Assembly: GCA_041736305.1 (NCBI GenBank)
Contig: JBGSTX010000060.1
Span: 1 to 13,099 of the forward strand
Reading direction: 5' to 3'
Source: Oligoflexus sp.
Lineage (GTDB): Bacteria; Bdellovibrionota_B; Oligoflexia; Oligoflexales; Oligoflexaceae
DNA length: 13,099 nt
Shown: piece by piece, positions 1-6,972 of the stretch
Layout of the letters: each line of letters starts with the position of its first letter
Numbering within the stretch: the stretch's first letter is position 1
Program-made: the position numbers and the translations under genes
Notes under the pieces: generated by a model
The model's input: only the letters and a program-made list of their open reading frames with translations
Database searches by the model: none
Told to the model about the DNA's origin: nothing

Positions 1-316
1 TCCAGCCTGGAAAATGGTCAATAACGCCAACTGGGGCGTCGGCAATCATGGGTTTCTCGTTCGGAATAACATCGTCGCCAAGCAAGAGTCCAACTTGGAC
101 AAGGATCTCGACATCGGCAGTTTCACGACCTACGACGTCCAGTATAGCTGGACCCACCCGTGGAACGGCTCTGTGGCCGTCGGTGCGCTCAACGTTCTCA
201 ATACGGACTTTCCCTTCGACAATAGCGAAAGGGACGGTGGAGACGATCGTCGCGTGAAAGAACTCTATAACGCTGACGGTCGACTTGTTTACGTAAACGT
301 CAACCAGACCTTCTAA
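1..316 (+). CDS. TonB-dependent outer-membrane receptor, C-terminal fragment (5' partial)
   Basis: The frame is open from the window start (cca gcc tgg aaa atg...). Typical TBDR C-terminus: SFTTYDVQYSW...VGALNVLNTDFP...LYNADGRLVYVNVNQTF, ending in an amphipathic beta strand and terminal Phe. ATG at 14 is probably internal. Confidence 0.88.
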   Translation, partial: PAWKMVNNANWGVGNHGFLVRNNIVAKQESNLDKDLDIGSFTTYDVQYSWTHPWNGSVAVGALNVLNTDFPFDNSERDGGDDRRVKELYNADGRLVYVNVNQTF

Positions 317-455
317 TCGGCCGTAGCCCCCTACATCTCTGCCCAGAGAAAAGGGGGGCTAAAGCCTCCTTCCTAGCGATCGAGCAGAACTTCCAATCGG
401 CCGTAGAGTTCCCTACTTCTCTGCTCAGGGAAAGTAGGGACTCAAGCTTCCGTCC
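305..455. repeat. Two diverged tandem ~80-bp repeats (305-373 and 385-455), each containing a hairpin
   Basis: Exact core AATCGGCCGTAG at 315-326 and 395-406. Manual alignment gives 55/69 identities plus a 2-nt indel. Stems: TAGCCCCC 324-331/GGGGGCTA 354-361 and TCCCTACTT 410-418/AAGTAGGGA 432-440. Confidence 0.9.
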
Positions 456-498
456 CACCAGTCGATAAGGATCGTGCACTTTAAAATGAGACATACTG

Positions 499-1476
499 GT
501 GGATTTTTGCTCGACTAAAATAGGTTTTTTTTGCCTAGGCCTTTGGATCTGCGCTCCCTGGCAGCCAGAGACCTGGTCCTACGCCCCCCGACTGCGGGGC
601 CAGCTTCGTATAGAAAAAATGCTTTCTCTCCAGAGGAGCTTGCCGACCCGCCTCACCTGGGCTTTAGGTGGGCCAGAGCGCACTTTGGAATTTTCCTGGA
701 TCGCAGAGCAGCAAGGAGTCGACCTCAGTTATTTCCCGTCTGGACCGCTTCCGGGCCCCATCGAAATTCCTCTGCCGGGTGATCCTGATCCTTCGAGTAT
801 CGAGGTAGACAGTCTCAATTGTTCATTAAAAGAGGGTCAGGACTGGACCTATAGCGGTCTTGGTCTTCACTTCTCCGCGGCTACCTGTCTCCAAGAAGGC
901 GGTCTACACCTTAGCTATAAGACCAGGCCTCAAGCCCTTCTACGCTTCCCGCTCGCAGCCAACCAAAGCACTCCTCCCTATCACCTAATCGCAGAGAGAC
1001 AAGTTCCGGGCCAGGCCTGGCAGGCAATCGACGTAGCTTGGGAACGGGGGGAGCTCGTTTTTAGAAAAGAAGACTACTACCCAGGTGCCAAGCTTCGCGT
1101 GCATTACCAAGAGGCCTATCTCGAAGCTGGATTGGTAGCGGTTCCGCGGAACGTCGCACAGGATACGATGAGCGTTGCGGCTATGCCCCGCACTTGCAAG
1201 CTTTCCGACCTGCTCATTGCCGGGGACTTCCTACAATCAAATTGCTCGGCGGCTCCCAGGGAATCGATGACCTTAGTCTTCGAGCAAACTCTTCAAGCTA
1301 GTAGCATCGACGGCAGCGAACTATTGCCTTTGAGATTTTCTGAGAAAGCTCGCTGGCGAATCCTAGTGGATGGCAGGGAAGAATTCGGTTTTCAGCGAAA
1401 AGGCAATCGCTTCACGCTCTTCCCATCTGGGTCTAAAGGACAGCAAGCCAGCCTCGAGGCGGAAATTAAACTCTAG
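499..1476 (+). CDS. Hypothetical protein, probably exported, with degenerate beta-rich modules
   Basis: 325-aa ORF filling the space up to the convergent gene. Hydrophobic N-terminus (KIGFFCLGLWICA). No family recognised. Start uncertain (GTG 499 or ATG 619). Confidence 0.65.
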   Translation: MDFCSTKIGFFCLGLWICAPWQPETWSYAPRLRGQLRIEKMLSLQRSLPTRLTWALGGPERTLEFSWIAEQQGVDLSYFPSGPLPGPIEIPLPGDPDPSSIEVDSLNCSLKEGQDWTYSGLGLHFSAATCLQEGGLHLSYKTRPQALLRFPLAANQSTPPYHLIAERQVPGQAWQAIDVAWERGELVFRKEDYYPGAKLRVHYQEAYLEAGLVAVPRNVAQDTMSVAAMPRTCKLSDLLIAGDFLQSNCSAAPRESMTLVFEQTLQASSIDGSELLPLRFSEKARWRILVDGREEFGFQRKGNRFTLFPSGSKGQQASLEAEIKL

Positions 1477-1478
1477 GT

Positions 1479-2384
1479 TCAACTCCCCTTGAGCTGCTCG
1501 AGCACTGCATGAGCTCTAGCCAGACCATGCTCAGGCTTGAGATGCCAAGCGCATTCACAAAAATCACTTTGATCACTCCGTAGGACAAGATCAGAACCGC
1601 GATGTGTACTTGCAGGATTGATTTGATTCATCAAGGTCGAATAATATTCATGCCAGAGATTTTTTTCTTCATTTTTAACAAGGATCCAAGGTGCGATATT
1701 AACTAACTTTGCACCTTTAGCTTCTAGTCTCAATCGAAACTGACTGATCTTCTGAATATATGCTTCGGATACGATTCTATCGTTAAATTCCAGAGGTACG
1801 ACCGGGATATCCAGACAGGCAGTATAATCCCCGTTCTTATCCATAAAAGGAGACCAGGGATCAGAAGGAACTTCCTTGAACAGAGACTGTATCAGTGCGC
1901 GGGCTGGATTGACTTCTCTGGGATAAGGCATCCACCACGCTAACAATCTTTCAAGAGCGCTCAAATTACCCTCAAGATAACTCGCAATGCGCAGGCTTTT
2001 AGCTACTTGTACTGCTTTATGTGGTTCGGACTGCGCCTGATTCCAGAACTCGAGACTTGAGTATATTACGGTATCACCTGCTTTGGCTTTACTCAAAGCA
2101 AGTTCTCGCATCAGCATCGGGTCATTGATTTCCGACGGGATAGCGAGATTAATCACAGGCATATCCAAGTGAGCCTCAAGCTCCGAGGAACGCATATTCC
2201 AAAATGCATTGCTCCCACCAGCAATTATCACGCGGCTAGGGCGATCCTTGAAAACCTCGAGTAGCTTAGCCTTTTTTAGAAAGAGACCTACCGATTCATT
2301 CTGAGCAAACCTGCTGGCCCAAGCAAAGGCAAAGCCGAAAGCTAACCATATAGCTATCAGTATTTTAATTTTTGACAAGCTCAT
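1479..2384 (-). CDS. SGNH-like (AlgJ/DltD-type) membrane-anchored acyltransferase partner
   Basis: N-terminal TM/signal segment; IIAGGSNA (G-x-S block I), INLAI and C-terminal FCECAWHL His block. ATGA overlap with the upstream MBOAT gene. Confidence 0.72.
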   Translation of the reverse strand: MSLSKIKILIAIWLAFGFAFAWASRFAQNESVGLFLKKAKLLEVFKDRPSRVIIAGGSNAFWNMRSSELEAHLDMPVINLAIPSEINDPMLMRELALSKAKAGDTVIYSSLEFWNQAQSEPHKAVQVAKSLRIASYLEGNLSALERLLAWWMPYPREVNPARALIQSLFKEVPSDPWSPFMDKNGDYTACLDIPVVPLEFNDRIVSEAYIQKISQFRLRLEAKGAKLVNIAPWILVKNEEKNLWHEYYSTLMNQINPASTHRGSDLVLRSDQSDFCECAWHLKPEHGLARAHAVLEQLKGS

Positions 2385-3736
2385 CTCCCGTAAACAAAGC
2401 CAAGTTTAGATGAAACCGGAAAGAAGAGTAAAAACATCGCAAAAGCTAGCGCAAAAGCCACATTTCCATTTAAGAATGCATAGGGATGACCTTCGACGGC
2501 TTCATCTTCGCCCCAGACTTCCCACAGTATAAAACCCGTGGCTGCGCAAACGATGACAAGCCCCTCAGGTCCGAGCTTCATCATAAGGTCGTCGAGGATA
2601 GATTGCCTTTGCTTGAGATCGCTCAACCATGCCCGTCCGCTAAACATAGTTTTCATCTTCGCGAACAGTCGGCCTGTCTCAGGATCCATGAATAGAAATC
2701 GTCCGACTAAAAGTGTGAGGTAGAGGTGCACTCGAGCACACCAAGCTGGGAGGGAAAGATTAGATAGAAATCCCACAAAAAAGATGAACGAGCAGGCGTG
2801 GAAAAAACCCCAGATGAGATAATTTATGGTCGTCCCATGCCACATGGCTGAGAGCATGAAGACCAGAAAGGGAAGAAAGGCCCGCCTCCACCAGCGCGCC
2901 GCATAACGAGTACGGAGTCGATTGTAAACTTGCTCATGGAACCAGCGACCAAGACCAATGTGCCAGCGCCGCCAGAACTCCGGTAAGTTGCGAGATCCAA
3001 AAGGCTGCCTGAAATTATAGATAATGGGCAGCCCCAAAATGCGAGCTATCCCGAAAGCCAAGAGAGAATAACCACAGAAATCGAAGTAGACCTGAAACTC
3101 GAAGGCCAAGGTGGAGCTGAGGATGCGGAGGGGCGAAGTGCTCTCGCCGAGGTCGACTAGTCGGGAAAGATGGAGAGCCAAAACAAACTTGAAAGTAGCT
3201 CCAACAAGTATGAGAGGCAGAGCTTCGTCTAAGACGCCCTTGTTGAATCGAAATCTGTAGTCCCGTACCCTTCTGAGGAAACTAGGAGACTCGATAGGAC
3301 CAGAAATGAATTTTGGGAAGTAGCAGAGCGCTAATAAATAGTCCAAGGGATGGGGAAGCTTTTCTTCGCCTTGGAGCACGGCATTCATAATCCCTATGAG
3401 CTGTAAAAAGTAGAATGAGTAACCCATCAACCAAAGCGCAGTCGTCGGCTGTGCAGCATTGCTAGCTGAGAGCACCGCAATATGCCCCCTCTGCTGCAGC
3501 AGGATAAAGAATGAAATCATGAGCAACTGCGGGAGCCAGAGCACCCAAAAGCTTTTTCCCCAAGCCCTCTGGGCCACAAGGAACAGATAACTGTAAGTGG
3601 AGATGCAGCACGCGAGCAGAAAAACGGGAGTAGACCAGCTACCCGAAAGAACGCGCATGAGAATCAATGAACTGAGCACAAGGAGAGTTTTGGCGAAGAC
3701 AGGATGGCGCAAGCTGGAGACTAGGGACTGTAGCAT
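2381..3736 (-). CDS. MBOAT family O-acyltransferase (AlgI/DltB-like)
   Basis: Motifs MGYSFY, YFPKFISGPI, QVYFDFCGYS, NFRQPF, EFWRRWHIGL and LSAMWHG (catalytic His), YLIWG; multiple hydrophobic segments. Confidence 0.95.
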   Translation of the reverse strand: MLQSLVSSLRHPVFAKTLLVLSSLILMRVLSGSWSTPVFLLACCISTYSYLFLVAQRAWGKSFWVLWLPQLLMISFFILLQQRGHIAVLSASNAAQPTTALWLMGYSFYFLQLIGIMNAVLQGEEKLPHPLDYLLALCYFPKFISGPIESPSFLRRVRDYRFRFNKGVLDEALPLILVGATFKFVLALHLSRLVDLGESTSPLRILSSTLAFEFQVYFDFCGYSLLAFGIARILGLPIIYNFRQPFGSRNLPEFWRRWHIGLGRWFHEQVYNRLRTRYAARWWRRAFLPFLVFMLSAMWHGTTINYLIWGFFHACSFIFFVGFLSNLSLPAWCARVHLYLTLLVGRFLFMDPETGRLFAKMKTMFSGRAWLSDLKQRQSILDDLMMKLGPEGLVIVCAATGFILWEVWGEDEAVEGHPYAFLNGNVAFALAFAMFLLFFPVSSKLGFVYGR

Positions 3737-3768
3737 CAGAGTCTCGGCATAAAATAAGAATCGACAAG

Positions 3769-3808
3769 AAAAAATGGCAAGTCCGGCCCGTAGGGGCCGA
3801 ACTATGCC
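3769..3808 (-). terminator. Intrinsic (Rho-independent) terminator
   Basis: Minus strand GGCATAGTTCGGCCC-CTAC-GGGCCGGACTTGCC-A-TTTTTT: 6-bp all-GC core, extended outer stem, then a U6 tract. Confidence 0.85.
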
Positions 3809-3845
3809 GCAAAAATCTCTACACTGAGGAGTCGATTGCAGAACT
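3769..3845 (-). ncRNA. Candidate sigma54-dependent small RNA (~77 nt)
   Basis: Bounded by a sigma54 promoter (3856-3872) and a terminator (3769-3808). No ORF inside (only GTG-TAG). Carries CUCCUC in the loop of a possible 5' stem. The +1 position is inferred from -12 spacing. Confidence 0.6.
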
Positions 3846-3855
3846 TTCTCTGTGT

Positions 3856-3872
3856 TGCATACTCCATGCCAA
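3856..3872 (-). promoter_or_regulatory. Sigma54 (-24/-12) promoter
   Basis: Minus strand TTGGCATGGAGTATGCA against consensus YTGGCACGRNNNTTGCW: exact GG-N10-GC spacing and two mismatches. Starts 7 bp after the activator stop codon. Confidence 0.8.
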
Positions 3873-3879
3873 GGATCTT

Positions 3880-5433
3880 TTAGGGAATTTCTTGGAAGAA
3901 TGAGTGCCCTGCTTGCGAAGGGTCTTTCAAAGTTTGATGAGAGATGTCAGTTTTTGACAGGACCCTATGGGAGACGCTGATCCCATGATCTCGCATTTTG
4001 GCTTTCAGAGTGTTGCGAGAAAGCCCCAACCTCCAACAAGCCTGCTGGAGGTTACCTTCAACATAGCTCAGGACTGTCGGCAGGAGCACTGACTCAAGAT
4101 TGAAAACAAGCTCTTGATAAATATTGCTGTGATCGCTTCGCAGCAGCAGCTCGGTTTGCCTAAGGAAACTCTCTTGCGAAACATCAGACGGAGTGACGTT
4201 CAAGTCATTCACGATATGCGAAGGAAGAAACTCTGGACGCATGACGCTGCCATCGGTATGGGCTAGGGCATAACGCACCGAACTTTGCAGTTCACGCAGA
4301 TTGCCCGGCCAATCATAAGCTCCTATACGCTCGAAGACCCGCGTATCTATGTCAACAGTCTCCTTGGCGAATTCACTCTTAAATTGCTCGGTAAAGAAGG
4401 TGACAAGGTCATGGAGATCTTCTTTGCGCTCACGTAAGGGCGGTAGGCTGATGGTGAAGACGTTGAGACGATAGAAGAGGTCGACTCGAAACAAGCCTTG
4501 CCTCACCATGCCGATGAGATCTTTATTCGTAGCGGCAACTATTCGCACATCGGTCTCAATAGTTTCATTGCCACCAAGCCGCTCAAAACGTTGGTCCTGC
4601 AGGAGTCTGAGCACTTTTGCTTGAGTGGCAGGAGACATATCGGCGACTTCGTCTAAGAAGATAGTGCCCCCATCAGCGTACTCGAATTTTCCTATCCTTC
4701 TCTTCAAAGCTCCTGTAAAAGCGTTTTTTTCATGTCCAAATAGTTCACTTTCCAAAATCGTTTCGGAAAGAGCTGCACAGTTGATAGCAAGAAACTGAGA
4801 GCGATTGCGTCGACTATGCTCATGGACAGCGCGGGCTACAAGTTCTTTGCCTGTTCCGCTTTCCCCCAAAATGAGAATATTGCCATTGGTCGGCGCAAAA
4901 CGACCGATCTTCTTGTAAACATCTTGCATGGCTGCTGACGAACCTATCATGAGTGTACGGGCTTCAACGCTATTGCGTTCAAATTCTAAGGCTCGGGGTC
5001 TTCGTTTTGCATGAGAGGGTTCAGACTCTTGGCTTTCGTCGGACTTCAGACGTTCTAAGCTTCCACCCCGTGTGCGAAGAGCACGATCGATTGTAGCCAG
5101 CAAATGCCGAAGATCTACAGGCTTCAAAAGGTATTCGAAAGCGCCGTGCTTACTGGCTTCTATGGTGCTCGTAGTCGTCGAGTAGGCTGTAAAGACGATT
5201 ACTGGAATATCAATGTGCGAGGCCTTGATTTCCTTCAGCAGGTCAATTCCATTGGCCTCATTGAGGCGAAGGTCCAAAAGCACCACATCAGGGGGATTTT
5301 GATTGAGCTGGACGATGGCTTGTTGGGGGCTAGCAGCTTCCAGTACCCTAAGCAGAGAGCTTTCTAAGCTGCTACGTATCGAATAGCGAAGGGTCTGATC
5401 GTCGTCGACGACTAAAAGTTTATACACCTGCAA
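3880..5433 (-). CDS. Sigma54-dependent two-component response regulator (NtrC/AtoC family: receiver, AAA+, Fis HTH)
   Basis: Receiver LLVVDDD, VLLDL, FTAY, LLKP; Walker A GESGTGKE; ELFGHEKNAFTGA; Walker B IFLDEV; DLFYRL; WPGNLREL; HTH GNLQQACWRLGLSRNTLKAKM. Start placed at TTG 5433, with GGAGG 7 nt upstream and 1 nt after the kinase stop, rather than at 5463. Confidence 0.96.
   Translation of the reverse strand: MQVYKLLVVDDDQTLRYSIRSSLESSLLRVLEAASPQQAIVQLNQNPPDVVLLDLRLNEANGIDLLKEIKASHIDIPVIVFTAYSTTTSTIEASKHGAFEYLLKPVDLRHLLATIDRALRTRGGSLERLKSDESQESEPSHAKRRPRALEFERNSVEARTLMIGSSAAMQDVYKKIGRFAPTNGNILILGESGTGKELVARAVHEHSRRNRSQFLAINCAALSETILESELFGHEKNAFTGALKRRIGKFEYADGGTIFLDEVADMSPATQAKVLRLLQDQRFERLGGNETIETDVRIVAATNKDLIGMVRQGLFRVDLFYRLNVFTISLPPLRERKEDLHDLVTFFTEQFKSEFAKETVDIDTRVFERIGAYDWPGNLRELQSSVRYALAHTDGSVMRPEFLPSHIVNDLNVTPSDVSQESFLRQTELLLRSDHSNIYQELVFNLESVLLPTVLSYVEGNLQQACWRLGLSRNTLKAKMRDHGISVSHRVLSKTDISHQTLKDPSQAGHSFFQEIP
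3925..3959. promoter_or_regulatory. Putative tandem upstream activator sequences for an enhancer-binding protein
   Basis: Perfect palindrome TGTCA-N5-TGACA at 3945-3959 and degenerate copy TTTCA-N5-TGATG at 3925-3939. Centres are 20 bp apart, about -80 to -114 from the predicted +1. Confidence 0.55.
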
Positions 5434-5434
5434 G

Positions 5435-6925
5435 TCAAGGCCTCCCCAGTTCAAAGTGTCCAAATGTCGGCAAGAAAAAGCCGACTATAGCTCCTGAGTT
5501 CACTTGGTTTCTTGCAAAAATCTCGCCACCATGTGCCTCGACTATCTGCTTGCTGATCGAGAGACCAAGACCTGTTCCGGCATCTTTACTGGAAAAAAAA
5601 GGCTCAAAGATTTGAGGCAGCAGGTTTTCAGGTATGCCGCGCCCGGTGTCCTGTACTTCGAGTCTAACTCTTCCTAGAGCGGGCTCGTTTGCCCAGGTAA
5701 CGGTTATAGCCGCCCCTTGTGGGCTTGCATCGAGCGAATTGAGTAAAATATTGAGCAATACTTGCTGCAGCTGTTGGAAATCACCTAACACCTCGAGGTC
5801 ATGGGCTTGGCTTAAACTTCGAATTTTGACTTTTTGAATTTCGGCTCGACCACGAACCAACATAAGACAGTAATCGATAAGGCGGGCAATCGATATCCTG
5901 CGTGGAAAAATCTTCGGCGGTTTCGAAAAATCAAGTAAGGTTTGGACCGTTTTTTCAAGCCGACATATCTCCTGTTCTATCATCAAAAGATCGTCCTCTT
6001 TGATTCCCCCCCGCCCTTTCTCCAAGCCTGACTGTACCAATAGTTTTATGGACATCAGTGGGTTTCTGATTTCATGCGCGGTTCCTGCGGCGAGTTGGCC
6101 GATGGCAGCTAGCTTTTCCGAACGGAGTACCTCTTGCTGGGAGCGCTGAAGGCGCGTCACGACTCTTTCGACTTCGATGGCAATAGCGTCGAGTACGTGC
6201 CTGAGCTCTTGCATATTGAGATTTGGTGCGAGCTCTATGGGTCCTACGACCTCGTTAAGTCGATGAGTTGTCATCGATAATGAAACATTCATGTCGACCA
6301 TCGTGCGACGAGTCCGACGGAAGGCAGCCACACCAGCCGCAAAACCACCGAGTGATCCACAGATCGCAACAAAGAGCAGCATCAAAGAGATTCGGCTCGA
6401 TGAAACCCGGTGCTCCTTCACAGTACTGAGCATCACATTTTCATTGTAGTCGAGGTATTCATGGGCCGGGAGTATGATTTCTCGGGTAAGGATATTATCG
6501 ATTTGGGCGTCTGACTTTCGATTGCTCTCGGCACTCTGCGGCCGTTCCTGATTTTTTTCAAGCGCAGCTAAGAATCGCTGATAGCCCTTCTTGAGCCGTT
6601 TGACTATCGCTTGTTCTTCAGGCGTAGTAGCCAATCGACTTACTTCAGTCATCCATCGATCTGTTAACATCAGCAGGCTAGCTAAATTCCCATCCTCGTG
6701 TGTTTCATCTAACTGGCTTCGATAGACAACGGTGCGAATTTCTCTCAAGCTTATTTCTAACTCCTCTGCCGCGCGTACGCTTGCTGCATTGAGTTCTAGA
6801 GCGCGCGACAAATCATCGTAGAGCTGCCTGACATACCAGGCGCCACCGACACCCAAGAGAAGGAGAAGCCCGCTGATCGCATAGAGTGGCCACGGAATCT
6901 CACGGACCAGCAGACGCCTCAACAT
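5435..6925 (-). CDS. Membrane sensor histidine kinase (NtrB/AtoS-like), probable cognate of the downstream activator
   Basis: Two TM segments around a helical sensor; RSEKLAAIGQLAAGTAHEIRNPL H-box, QVLLNILLNSLDA N-box, DTGRG, FEPFFSSK, GTGLGL. AGGAG RBS upstream of the ATG. Confidence 0.95.
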   Translation of the reverse strand: MLRRLLVREIPWPLYAISGLLLLLGVGGAWYVRQLYDDLSRALELNAASVRAAEELEISLREIRTVVYRSQLDETHEDGNLASLLMLTDRWMTEVSRLATTPEEQAIVKRLKKGYQRFLAALEKNQERPQSAESNRKSDAQIDNILTREIILPAHEYLDYNENVMLSTVKEHRVSSSRISLMLLFVAICGSLGGFAAGVAAFRRTRRTMVDMNVSLSMTTHRLNEVVGPIELAPNLNMQELRHVLDAIAIEVERVVTRLQRSQQEVLRSEKLAAIGQLAAGTAHEIRNPLMSIKLLVQSGLEKGRGGIKEDDLLMIEQEICRLEKTVQTLLDFSKPPKIFPRRISIARLIDYCLMLVRGRAEIQKVKIRSLSQAHDLEVLGDFQQLQQVLLNILLNSLDASPQGAAITVTWANEPALGRVRLEVQDTGRGIPENLLPQIFEPFFSSKDAGTGLGLSISKQIVEAHGGEIFARNQVNSGAIVGFFLPTFGHFELGRP

Positions 6926-6972
6926 GCGCTCTCCTACACCACTCTAGCCGACTATTTAAAGGGCTGAGGATG

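Noticed and set aside
305-455. CRISPR array or type III antitoxin array
   Set aside because: Only two units, similarity extends across the would-be spacer, and no cas or toxin gene is adjacent.
300-494. 64-aa minus-strand ORF across the repeats
   Set aside because: No RBS or recognisable motif; it overlaps the receptor's 3' end and reads through the hairpins.
497-511. Sigma54-like CTGGTGGATTTTTGCT near the start of the hypothetical gene
   Set aside because: GG-to-GC spacing is 9 nt rather than the required 10.
525-532. T8 run (and A8 at 5593-5600) as phase-variation tracts
   Set aside because: Short, encode Phe-Phe in intact frames, and are expected by chance.
5434-5463. Longer N-terminus of the activator from the ORF track
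   Set aside because: It overlaps the kinase C-terminus; TTG 5433 has a well-spaced GGAGG and starts right at the receiver domain.
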